A DNA stretch of 57,029 nucleotides, the filler included, from Sphacelaria rigidula (lineage: Eukaryota): NCBI GenBank assembly GCA_964200075.2. It is 4 parts of 4 records of this genome, joined end to end, with 100 filler letters (N's around TTAATTAATTAA, not from the genome) between each part and the next. Parts side by side here need not be neighbours in the genome. Positions count along the whole stretch, not along the records: positions 14,288 to 28,469 come from CAXNAA020002405.1; positions 28,570 to 42,750 come from CAXNAA020002406.1; 2 more parts are not named here. One strand, written 5' to 3'. Below are positions 23,318 through 35,510 of this stretch, in pieces. Every line of letters starts with the position of its first letter. The first letter of the stretch is position 1. Position numbers and translations under genes: made by a program. Below the pieces are notes generated by a model that had not been told where the DNA came from, made no database searches, and worked only from the letters and a program-made list of their open reading frames with translations.

Positions 23318-26300
23318 TACGGGCCCAATATTCTAAGTACTGTACTGTACAGTATTATATACAAGATTATATATACTGACTGTACCAGTGCTGTGCTGTC
23401 CCACGCGGTAATGGTAGTGCTACTGTAGCTCAATGCGGAACACACAGCAAGTTGGATGAGGTAAGTGTTCTCCACAACAAAAATATGGCTACGGATCATG
23501 GCTTACCTTGAGGCGGAGAGGCACGCATCGCCGACCTGAGGCGTCCTCCTTGCCCGACGTAAACCATGGCTTCTCGCGGTTTCCCCCCCAGCCACCTTCA
23601 TGAGCTCGACATATATATACGGGATAGGGAATGCGAAACGGTCCTGGAATTTTAGGGCTGCTCATGACTCCGGCTCAAGTAGTGCATCCGTGTCCGCAAG
23701 CCTTCTCCCCCAGGCTGTATCATAATCCGGCCTCTCGTACACGGCCCGGCGTGCTGGCGCTTTCGGGCCGTCATCGTTATCGTCCGTATCACCACCTGGC
23801 GGGTGGCGGGTGCCCTGTCTTCAGACTGCATCTCGTCGACCAGTTTCCTTGCCGGCCAACAACATTGTGTTCACGTTGGTCAACGCGGCCATGGCCGCAG
23901 CCATGCGTATGTCGTCATCGGAAGAGTCAGAGTGGTTGACTCCCATGTCTCTCTAGCGCTGACGACTGGAGTCTGTGCGGGGTGCGGGCTGCACAGAAGG
24001 TATAGTACTGGTGGTGTCCGCAGGAGGCGTTTTCTATTCTGAAGATTTCTCTCTGGGGTTGTGTCTCAGACAAAATTGTATACATTTCTTTCTTGGATCG
24101 GCCGAGTTTTCGGCCCGGACAAAAATCTGAGATTTTTATCGAGCGATATCCCCCAATAGGAAGTGGCCAGACAAAAATCCTGGACCAAAAGTGGGAAAAA
24201 ATATTTATTTTGGTGATTCGTTTTTATTTTTGAAAGCGGGCTAAAGGCTCGATAGAGGTAGGATGTCGACAAGATGTTGAAGAAATCTGAGGTTTGTGTA
24301 TGCGGATGACGAAATATAGGATCAGGTCACGGAGTGGCGGATGACGACACAGGAGGATGGTAGGGATCACCGTGAGAGAGTAAAATGCACATCCGCCCAC
24401 CCTCGCTCAGTTATGTTCAGTCCCCAAGCCCAAAATGCACTCCGCGCTCGCCAATAGGCAGCAAGGCAAGGAACAGGCACAGGTGCAAGACTGTCAAGTA
24501 CAGTACAAGTGGTGGTTTTCGAACGTGATCGAATCAATTTGGGTGCAACACAAGATAGCAGAAGCTGCGCGAACACCCAGACAACGACAGCACCGCCGAT
24601 AGAGGGCCGGGATCGGCGTCTCAACAGCCACTTCCCTTAACAGGCTGAGCTGCGCTGCCCGCGGTACACGAGATGTAGGTTTCCATGACGCGATGTCGCT
24701 CACCCCGGTGCAGCAGGGGTAGCAGCAACCACCGCAGTAGGTGCGAGGGCAACGGGAGTTGAAACCGCCGACTAGACCAATGACCCAACAAACCCAATTT
24801 TTCAACTTCAAAAAATAGAATAATTCGGCAAAGAGGGGTCATTGCGGAATACAGTCAGGGAACAGTGAGGGTGGGAGCGAGGGGGGCGGGAGGAGGAACA
24901 TGCGATACCAGCGCCGAGGCTTGCTGGTAGGTTCGGGCCCTGCTGCTCAGCGAGGGGGCCGATCGAAGAGCTTTTTGTATCAAGCACGGCCGGAGAAGAG
25001 CTTGTTGTGTCGCATCTTCGTTTACTGACCCGGGCGACAGATCGGTGGGCGTGACCGGAACAACTCGATTTGGCCCGGGCGTCCTACACCTACTTGGTGA
25101 GGATAGAAGTACCAACGCAGCACGCCTGTATACACGGAGTAGAAGTACACCCAATCGATAGCACGTTACCCCAACTCCTCAGTACTATTTGCATGAGTAG
25201 TTGACTCAGTTGGGCATATCAAACCCGTTGTACCCACGTCGTGATCGCAAGTTGATCGCTTCAAAGAGGGGTGCAAATCTGGAATTCAGAAAGATCGGTA
25301 CGAAGCACCCGCGGTCTAACCCCGACAGTGCACACAAGACTCAGCGCCCAAAAATTGACACCCACACAGCAATGCCCACCGCTACCGACAGCCCCGAGGA
25401 GCTCTACGCAACACGGAAGTGATTCCTCCCCCTCCCCCGCCCAAATATGACCTCGGTTTTGGCCGGCCGTTACTAAGTATTGGGCGACGATTGGAACGCC
25501 TGGGGACCTGAATATATTTTTAAAGAACATTCAACAGGAGGATAAAAGCTGCTGCTCGTATTGTTGTGCGTCTCGTTGCAGTATATTGTGCCATCTTTCA
25601 ACTCTATTTTCTCGGCAACGAAGCAGAGGATTGGACTGTGGTTTGATGCATGCGCTTCCCACACACCAAAACTAAAACTAAAACTAAAATAAAGCAGGTT
25701 TTCGTGACGCGTGCGGTGGAGGCCGCAGGCAGCACTTGGCAAACCGCTGTACCAAACACAAGAGCAAACACGAGATCTACTGAAAACGCGTTACCTGCAA
25801 CGTTTTGGGGCTTTTCGGATCCGCCGTAGCGAATTGAGCAACTCCGCCGCCACACTGAATAGGTCTAGGGGTGTGTACGGGGGTCTGTTTAGTGCCAAAA
25901 GCCGGTTTGCTTTCTGTTTCGAGGACTGCACAAAAAAAAAAACAGCTGTCGCATACTAAACCCAGATAACTTGGGATGGAGCATGTGTTCTGCTCGGCAG
26001 AGGTCCGGCAGAGGTCCGAACAGTCCATGCTGTCTTCAATACGTCTTCAATATCCCCCCGCATCCATTTAATAGATTGTGGTAAACGGATTTTTGGCTGG
26101 TAAGGCCTTCATGAACCCCCATAACTATGGTGTCTCCAGACCAAGCCCCCCCCCCCCAAAAAAAAACTCTGCGACATAGTTGCCTGAGCTGCTGTCCTAA
26201 TTTTGTGTTTCGAAAAACAGTACTCGGCACGCAGTGCCGTCCTGTCGAAGTTGGAAAAAGAAAAGGAGTCATTATGTAGGGGATGTTTTAAACGTTAGCG

Positions 26301-27139
26301 ACGAAAAAGACGCCTCGTGCCCAGGCTCATCATCCCTGTTCTGTAGCTGATATGATATGGTGGTGCGTTAAAACCCTGCGAAGACGGCTTGATCTGCGAC
26401 GGGGCAAGTGTGAACTGCTGTACTGTTGTAGGGTCACGGTCGATACACAAGTCTCGCGACGCTATCAAAATCGTCACCCTCAGGGTATATTGAACGGATG
26501 GATCATCTCTGAAACCAGCTATGTGATTCGTGCCCACAGTTTTATCCTGTGGTGTCGTGATACTAACTTGAGGACGGGGATAAAAGTACATTGCTGGAGC
26601 AACTCTACCTGGGTAGGTCACTCCTATTTCTTTCACGGTGAGGCTAGAAGTACTGACGCAGCAAGTATAAAAGGGACAGTCGTACACAGTAAGGATAGTA
26701 GGCTTCGTCAATCGGTCAGAATAGACTCGCGCATGAGTTCCATAGCAATGTCAGGACGCATAACGGTACAATTATAGGTCGATACAACCCGTTCCTCCCC
26801 ACATCGTGCCCGCAGGTTCACCGCCCCATAACATGGATCCGACCTGGAAGGCAGATAGGCCAGTAGGTAGGACACATTGCTTGAGACATTGACGAAAAAC
26901 ACCGCGTCGAGCCTCTAACATCGGCAGCAACACATCAACTGGTAGGATCCAACGAACTGCCCCGTACGACCCTGCCCAACTCCGACAACATAGTCATAAC
27001 TCAACCCCAACCGACGTGAGAAACAGGAGAATAGCAGCCTGAAAACGAAAAAAAAAAAAGGCCGTGTGTACAATGTGCCATATACCGGGAAAGAAAATCA
27101 ACAACATTTCACCATCTCCCGATTAGTACTTATTGGGAC

Positions 27140-28469
27140 AAACCCAAGTGTTGGTACAAGCCGAGTGCAGACCCAGAATGGTTCAACCGAAGCGCGTACT
27201 AGTACCTGGAAGGAACAAAGAACGAGATCATTTCCTTGTCACCTCTCGTCTGAAGTCGGGATAGCTTCCGAGTATTAGTACAAGCCGAGTGCAGACGCAT
27301 AATGGGTCAACCGCAGCGCGTACCAGTACCCGGAGAAAAGAAGGAACGAGGTCATTTCCTGTTGACCTTACATCTAAAGTCGGGACAGATTCCGAATATT
27401 AGTACAAGCCGAGTGCAGAAGCAGAATGGGTTAATCAGTGGGGTACTATTACCCGGAGAGAAGAAGAAACGAGGATAATTCCTTGTCACCTCCCGTCTGA
27501 AGTCGGGACACATTCCGAGTATTGGTACAATCCGAGTGCAGACCCAGAATGGGTCAACCGAAGCGCGTACTAGTACCTGGAAAGAACGAGAAACGAGGTC
27601 ATTTCCTGTCACCTGCCGTCTGAAGTCGGGACAGATTCCGAGTATTGGTACAAGCCGCGTGCAGACGCATTATGGGTCAATCGAAGCGCGTACTAGTACC
27701 CGGAGAGAACAAGAAATGAGGTCATTTCCTAGTCACCTCCCGTGTGAAGTCGGGACAAATTTCGAGTATTGGTACAAGCCGAGTGCAGACGCACAATGGG
27801 TCAACCGAAGCGCGCACTATTACCTGGAGAGGAGAAGAAACGACGACAATTCCTTGTCACCTCCCGTCTAAAGTCAGGAGAGATTCCGAGTATTGGTACA
27901 AGCCGAGTGCAAACGCATCATGGGTCAATCGAAGCGCGTCCTGGTACCCGGAGAGAAGAAGAAACGAGGTCATTTCCTAGTCACCTCCCGTGTGAATGTC
28001 GGGACAGATTTCGAGTATAAGCACGAGCCGAGTGCAGACGCATAATGGGTCAACCGAAGCGCGTACGAGTACCTGGAGAGAAGAAGAAACGAGGTCATTT
28101 CCTCGTCACCTCCCGTGTGAATGTCGGGACAGATTCCGAGTATAAGCACGAGCCGAGTGCAGACGCATAATGGGTCAACCGAAGCGCGTACGAGTACCTG
28201 GAGAGAAGAAGAAACGAGGTCATTTCCTTGTCACCTCCCATGTGAACTCGGGGAAGATTTCGAGTATTAGTACAAGCCGAGTGCAGAAGCAAAATGGGTC
28301 AACCGAAGCGCGTACTAGTACCCGAAGAGAACAAGAAACGAGGACAATTCCTTGTCACCTCCCGTCTGAAGTCGGGACAGCTTCCGAGTATTGATACAAG
28401 CCGAGTGCAGACGCACAATTGGTCAACCGAAGCACGTACTAGCACCCGAAGAGAAGAAGAAACGAGGTC
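27140..28469. repeat. Tandem satellite, ~124-bp monomer, about 11 copies, running into an assembly gap
   Basis: gagtgca(g) recurs at ~27163, 27287, 27411, 27534, 27657, 27781, 27905, 28030, 28155, 28279 and 28403. The whole monomer is conserved (acaagccgagtgcagacgca.aatgggtcaaccgaagcgcgtac...gtcacctcccgt.tgaagtcgggacag). Confidence 0.95.
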
Positions 28470-28569
28470 NNNNNNNNNNNNNNNNNNNNNNNNNNNNNNN
28501 NNNNNNNNNNNNNTTAATTAATTAANNNNNNNNNNNNNNNNNNNNNNNNNNNNNNNNNNNNNNNNNNNN
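28470..28569. other. Artificial scaffold spacer
   Basis: N..ttaattaattaa..N, 100 nt. Confidence 0.95.
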
Positions 28570-29302
28570 GATGTTATTGCTGCTGTCTTGGCCCGTGCCT
28601 GTTGCGCGTTGCTTGCTCTGATGAATGTTTTGAGTATGCTTGTCGAAAAAAGATTGTGTGATCAGGGGCGGGGGTGATAACCGGCCGGCGAATGATGTCG
28701 AGGCGATCTTCTGGAAAAACAGAGCCCGAAGTTTGGAACGGCTGTATCTTGTTTCTCGATCAAGGTTTCTCGAAACGTTTTCTGGAAAAAGTCCGCGCAC
28801 TATCTAGTGAAAATAAACCATGGAAACAACATGCAGGGATGATCACTCGAGGCCAAAACAATGGGAAGTAGACACGTATGAAGAGGGTGGAGTCAACCCT
28901 TGTGGCACACCGCATGCAGTTTTTCGTCTATTGTAGAGGCGCCTTTACCCTTTTGACGCGGTTATTATACTAGGTACCTTGTACGTAGAGAGAACTGGTC
29001 TATATTAGAATATGATCATACGTTATGATGCAAATGGAAGATAATGAGCTCTATTCAGCATTTCAGGTGCGGAAGATGGTGCTGTTCGTAAGGTGACAAT
29101 ATCCAAGCGAGGGTGGCTCGGCTGGAGCAAGCGCCGACGTATCCATCGTCGAGTGTGGCCATCGAGGGAAACATGTCACAACAGTATAATCATACAGGTC
29201 AGGCCCACTGTGGACAGTATAAAGGCATGGTCATGCAGCGAGATATATTGGCAGCAAGCAATATATAGCTATACTGTTGTATAGGATGGCAGAAGCACGG
29301 GT

Positions 29303-29680
29303 CAGCCCGCAAGGCGCCGGCGCCCCACCCGGCCGTGTACCCCTGGAACAGGCAGCACATCATCGTGCAATACTGTATCAGTAGCCTAATACGGTACTTG
29401 TACCACCAGGCTGTATGTCGCATACGCAAGGTGTATGCCTCAATGCACAAGATGTGCGTTGAACAAAACACCGATTTCAAACTGCAGAACGGCAATAGCA
29501 GGCTCAGCCCGCAAGGTGCTGGCGTCCCACCCGGCCGTGCATCCAGGAAACAGGCAGGACGTCACCGTGCAGTACTGTAGGAGTAGCCGAATCCGAGACT
29601 TGTACCATCATGATGTATATCGCATAAATAAGGAGTATACCTCGACGCACAACGGGTACGTTGAACAGAACGCCGGTCGC
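29303..29680. repeat. Diverged tandem duplication, ~202-bp unit, 2 copies
   Basis: cagcccgcaagg.gc.ggcg.cccacccggccgtg at 29303 and 29505, with similarity continuing to gttgaaca.aac.ccg. Confidence 0.8.
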
Positions 29681-29791
29681 AACAAGAGATAGGATTACCA
29701 TGCGCATATATCCCAAGGCCCCACCAACTAAACCCCACGAGCCGTAGCCCCCCAAGCAACTGGATTCTAGTACACTGCCAGCGTGGTGCTA

Positions 29792-30100
29792 CGGTAGAAG
29801 TGCATAAGAACTTTCTGAGGTTAGAATCGTTAGAAGCCCTTTATCTCGTCCAAAACACTTATTATGAAATACAGTATGTGAAAGTACGCCAGGATTACTG
29901 CTTCAATATGCTAGGGATCTCCCGAATGGATTTGCAAACTTGGATGCCCTGATCCATGTTCTTGTGCATCTAGATTTCCTCGTACCGTGTTATAGGTAGC
30001 TAGCCTGTGACCACGGAAGGCGTCCGCATCGGATGCCCAGTACGAATGTACCGCGTAGATATCGGAATGATTTTTATGTGGAGGCATCATCATCATCATC

Positions 30101-30131
<31 letters not shown>

Positions 30132-30216
30132 GCAACAACAACAACAATCTAGAATCTAGAATCGTTAGGAGCCCCTGAACAAGAGAAGATGTTGCGCTGA
30201 AAGTGCACGCCTATCG
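29792..30216. mobile_element. Tc1/mariner-type MITE (TA-flanked) carrying a nested short retroposon
   Basis: TA-cggtagaagtgca...gtgcacgcctatcg-TA. The body aligns with 31924-32157 except for an insertion at 29975-30146. Confidence 0.7.
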
Positions 30217-30865
30217 TACCATTGCTCTACAGTAGTCGGGAATGTGAAAACCCTCATTCTTTCTATGGCGACTCTTCTCGTGGTCGCACTGGGGTAGATG
30301 CGAGGGGCGAGGGACTGCGGTTCCCGTGTTGTTTTGATGAGACCCCTTGTATATCCCGACACCTCCCTAGGGTTCCATCCTGTCTGCTGTTGACACTTTC
30401 CGCGATACCCCCCCCCCCCCCCCCCACAAAACCACCTCAAACCCCCCCGACTACAACAGGCCCACAACACACAGAGACAAGACACNNNNNNNNNNTTTGA
30501 TTAGCCCCCTTCTATCTCCCCCCCCCCCCCCCCGGTTCCACCCTCGCTTGTTTTGACCCTTTCCCCGCCCCCCCCCCCCCCCCCCCCCAAACAAAAACTA
30601 GCCTAAAACTGTCACGAAGAAAGCGGTCATACAGCACCTGATGTTTGGTTTCAGGCTGCATGCAGCGCCTCATATGGGGAGCGGCATATGGGCGACATTG
30701 GCAGGAACGAACCCAAGTGTCGGGATTCCCAGCTGCTCGTGATGGTCGGGAGACTTCTTCGATTCACGTGAAGATTTTGCCTCCTCAAACAGCCACTTTG
30801 GGGGGGGGGGGCTATGGCAAAAATTGTATGCTGTGTGCATTGTATACTGTCAGATATACATAGTT

Positions 30866-31212
30866 GCCGGTCGCCCCGGTGGCTCAGCCCGCAACCTCGA
30901 AATCCTCTGACGGTTGGGTCGTGCGTTCGAGTTTCAGAGCGATCTGGGCTTTCTTGTCACACGATGCCCAGCAGTGCAGAGCGACTGGGTACATAAAATT
31001 CGACTCAACGGTCGACGAGGAAAAGGTTTCGCTGAACCCCTCTCGCGATAAAAAATGAAGACAAGCACCGCAAAAGGGAGGTGGAGAACTAGAACAAATG
31101 AAAAAGAAAAGCTCCTGTGTTGGCCTTCCTCCTGTACGATCCCGGTGGGTGCGCCCACACATACAGAAAGGTGTAAACCAACGTACAGAATAAATCGAAT
31201 GACAACTCACAC
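30866..31212 (+). mobile_element. tRNA-derived SINE
   Basis: gccggtcgccccggtggctcag...gttcgagtttc head; same body as the 22.7 and 38.5 kb copies; ends gacaactcacac. Confidence 0.85.
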
Positions 31213-31923
31213 GTGGTAAATATATAGAGAGATACTTCCTCCAACACATAGGTGAAGGGCGTTATGGGGCGCAGATCATATCTTTTGAACCGAATGGTGT
31301 GCAATACTATAGTTAGGTTCGTTAAAAAGATACAGTCACGGAAATTCTCAAGAAAAAAAAGGGAAAAAAGTCCGAGTTGGCTTTGTCGAGAATATGCGGG
31401 TCAAAGTTGACCACATACAGGCAGATTTCGACCGATTTGAACCGTTTTCGGCCGAATTTTGATGATTTGTGCTTATTTCCACGTGTTACCTTGCCGACAA
31501 CTGTAGGTATACTTTCAGACGATGCGTGGGCATCGTCGATCAACAATGAAGCGAGAACAAAATGCCAATTTCACTTTTCCGAATTTCCACTTTTCCCCCT
31601 TCGTCGGAAAACAGGACGAAAACCGTCTTTTTGAGGCCGACTGTTCTTTTTGTAGCCACTGGCCCGTGCAGGAGGCCGCGCGGTCAAAGCTGAAAGCGGC
31701 GGGTTTCAACTAAAAAAATGCCAAGGATTTCAAAAACATCATCGTTATTGGCATCGGAAACGGTCGTGGCCTCGTGTAAACATAACGCACTTTACTAACG
31801 TGTTGGAGGAAGTATATACACACGACCCATCCAATTCGAGATTATTGTGCGACGTACCGCAAGTGGTACACGACTAATGTGCTGTACAGTAGTAGCAGCA
31901 GGATTGCCGCTGGAGTGATACTA

Positions 31924-32157
31924 CGGTAGGGGTGCACGAATATTTCATGAGGCTAGAACTTTTAGGAGTCCTTTGTCTCATCGAAAACACGACTTATGAA
32001 ATATGTGAGAGTACGCCAGGATTACTATCCAAATGTGCTGGGGGTATCCCGACGGAATTTCCAAATGGGGAAGCCCTGACCCATATTCTTATACATCATA
32101 AATCATTACGAGCCCCTGAACCAGACACGAGTTTGCGCAAAAAGTGCACCCCTACCG
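31924..32157. mobile_element. MITE with perfect 14-bp TIRs
   Basis: cggtaggggtgcac ... gtgcacccctaccg; uninterrupted relative of 29792-30216. Confidence 0.8.
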
Positions 32158-33149
32158 CTGCATTGCCAGCTGGCCGCTCAGACGTTGTGCATTGTTGCAA
32201 AGCTACGACGCCGGTAGAAAGAAACTTCTACATATCAGTAGCAATGTGCATGCGCTGCACCACGGTAGTCCAAAAGTACACTACAGTAGCCACAGCGTAA
32301 ATACAGTCGATCGCTGCAGCACAGGCAGCGCGGTAAGCACAGGGAACAGTGCCAGCAGGGATGGCCACCTGGGGACTAGGGATGCAGCGAGTAAGTGGGT
32401 AGTAGGAAAGTACTTGGAGGAGCGTGTTGACATGGTCACAACGTATGGACAGTTAGGAACATGGTATCAATATTATGAAAAATCATCATGTGTGATATGA
32501 CGGATCGTTTCAGCATGATATCGGTGATCCATCCAATGCGAGAGAGCAACAAACGAGGAACAATCAACGTGCAAACAAGTGAGAAGATGCTTCTTCTCTG
32601 ATTAATAGCCATGTATCCCTTCCGCGTGACAACGGGAGGGACATCCGCGTGACAACGGGAGGGACAATAATCATCCCGGTGTGTCAGATACGCATCCGAA
32701 AAAATGTTGATTGGCGATGATACCCCGCCTTCGACTGGCGTCGCGAACAACTCTTGTTGGTTGTTGGCGTTGGCACCTTGGACCATGCGTAGTATTTTTC
32801 TTCACTTGGAGGTATCTAAAACTTGGAATTTTCCCACCGGCGGGGAGTGGCGGGGTATCTGGCATCCCAGCTCTTCAGGAACGATCAACAAAAATAGGCT
32901 GCAGCGAAATTATTGTGTACCCGGTGCCATATAATGCAGGGTCGGGTGCGGGGTAAGTATTACAAAACCCATATGCAGGGTCGGGTGCGGCGCAGGTATA
33001 CCAAAACCCATACGTATCACAGGCGTCCGCGCCAAGAAATTCGCGCACGACCATATGTCTTGAATCTTTGCGACACACATAACGGAGGTTCGTCCCCCGA
33101 ACATTCACAGAATGTTGCGAGGGGAGAGTGCTGTTGGACGGTCGACGAT

Positions 33150-33960
33150 GAGGATTCCCCATGACCATCCCGGACAAGTGCTGGTGATAAGGAACGAGTA
33201 TCATGTGTAGTCACTGGATCATACCGGTTCATCTGCCAGGGTCGAAGCAAAAACGATCTCCCCGAGCATATGATGGTGGTGGACATTCTCTGTGTCACGT
33301 GTCAGACCACCTTCGAATGTTTTTTTCGTCTGCCAGAGTCAGATAAACGAAGATGTCCCCGAACTAGTGCCGGTGCTGGATAACGATTGCCTCGTGTAAT
33401 CTTTGTGCCTGGAATATTTCCACCCTTTAAGATATCAGTAAAGATGATGTCACCGAGTAAGTGCCCGTGGGTAACGACGAGTATCATGTTTAAGGTCTCT
33501 CGCTATTTGTCTTTCATCTGCCAGGGTGGAAAAAGGATGCTCCCGGACAAGTGCTGGTGATGGGAAACAAGTATACCGTGTAGTCACTGGATCACACCGG
33601 TTCATTTGCCAGGGGCGAACCAAAAACGATCTACACGAGGAACTCGCTGATGGTGGTGGACATCCACTGTGTCGTATGTAAATGACTGGGTCACATTCGC
33701 TCGTTTGCCGGGGTCGAAGTAGACACGGCGTTCCTAGCCGAGTGCCGAGGATTTACCACCATTCCCACATGCAAAATCACTCAGTCATATTGTTTCATAT
33801 TTCAGGGTCGAATGATAGACGGTGTTTCCGAAGGACAGCCGGTGGTTCACGACGATTATCATATGATAACCGGGTAAAATGATAGTGGTCATGTTCCCGT
33901 CATTTACCAGGCGTTCACTGAATATGGCGGTCATACAGGAATGTTGATGGTGGATCAAGA
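33150..33960. repeat. Degenerate tandem array, ~90-110-bp units
   Basis: Recurrent tcatctgccagggtcgaa, cccggacaagtgctggtgat and gatggtggtggacat motifs at ~33.23, 33.33, 33.52, 33.61, 33.71 and 33.80 kb. Confidence 0.6.
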
Positions 33961-35209
33961 TCGAAACCTGTCAAACGCAGGGAAATGGGCATGTTCATAG
34001 ACGTGTTGAAGTGTCACGACGAATTCGAAAATACTTCCAAAAAGGGTACAACAAACCGAGAACGACAACCACAACGTCCACTCAATCACAGGCACGACGT
34101 GACCACCCACCCTACTTTCCACCCACAGCAAGCGCACTCCACGGCATCACCGCCCCTGCCCGAAGAACACACCGGCAACGATAGAGGGCACTCCCTCCCA
34201 GCGGGGATCCCCCCCTGCCCCAGCAACGCGCCTTATGAAGGCTTCCCCTGCTTAAGTACCGCACGCAAGGAGACTGCATCAACCCCGCCACAGCGGCCAA
34301 ACACTCGCATCGAGGGAAAGTTGCAAAAGCACCGTCCACGGATCCAAATGTCAAATGCGCAGACCGTGGCAGCCCCTCTCTCTCTCTGGTGCATAATCTG
34401 TCGTACGATCCTGGTAAGGGTTTCCTCGTGGATGACTCGTAGAGAGTAAGTCGAGACCTCTAGCGTCATATTGGACAGCGTACGCACGTGCAAAGTCAGG
34501 AGGCACTTAATTGTCTCGCTCGTGAGGGTTAAGATATACGCCGCTAGTCTCGAGGCTTTGAGACAACCCAGCGTACTTTTGCCTGCAGTCAGCGTCATGG
34601 TTCTTCTCGTGCGGATCATCGAGCCCGACGTACGTCCCGCTCGAGCGACCCGTGTGGGGGTGGGGGCGACGCCGGCCATTGGAGATGTGCTTGTGACCAT
34701 CGTTGGCCGTGTCATGGAATTTTATTCCATAGCCTGCGACCTTGAAGTCCTGCCCGGCGTTGTCATGCAGAAAAACGTTCGGGGCCAGCGCTTTTTGTAG
34801 GGACTGGACTGAGGCAATATTTCGGCTGAAGCCGATACCACTGCGTACGGCGCGCTCTGGAATATGTCGAAGGACGAGCACGGACGAGTAGATGACGGTC
34901 AAACCCACAGGCAAAATTGCCCGTTAGTGCTTTCGCGGTTTTCGATGCATGATTGTGAAGCAGTGTAGTATACGGACTACCTCGTGTGGGCTACACCGGG
35001 AAACTGGGGTACATTGGCTCACACATTGGGGAATTTCTGCGTGCGCGTGTGGCAGTGGATATGGAGAATCTGTGAATGCGGGACCTCATGCTACGAGCGC
35101 TCGCGAGGGACTGGTTCACCGACTCTCGTCCGTTCTTCCGGGCCAGCAGGGAGCAGGCCGTCCACAACGAACCGGATCTTGGCCTGCGCGACGCATAGTC
35201 ATAGTGCAA

Positions 35210-35510
35210 TATAGCTCACGGTTGAGAGTCTTGACGAACAGAAACTGAGGAAGTAGCTCGTGGTGGATAAAATAAATGACTCGAGCTAACCAGTCATCAC
35301 TCGTAGTGAAAACAATAAGGGACTCCAGTACACAAGTCAGTGCTCGTCGGGAAAACAAGAAATGACCCGAGCACACGAGTCATTGATCGTGGTTGAAAAG
35401 AGAAATGACTCGAGCACTCGAATCATTGCTCGTGGTGAAAACATACATGACTCGGACAAACGAGTCATGCTCGGTGTTTTAAAAAAATACTCATGGGTGC
35501 ACTCGTTTCG
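35210..35510. repeat. Short degenerate tandem subrepeats (gactcgagc...ctcgtggtgaaaa), probably TE subterminal
   Basis: About six recurrences of aatgactcgag / ctcgtggtg motifs. Confidence 0.55.

Noticed and set aside
26295-26902. Overlapping ~140-aa ORFs next to the satellite
   Set aside because: No recognisable domain or splice pattern; lengths are compatible with chance at this GC content.
27140-28469. Possible CRISPR array or repeat-protein gene
   Set aside because: The entire monomer is conserved with no unique spacers and no cas genes are present; 124 bp is not a multiple of 3, so frames shift each unit.
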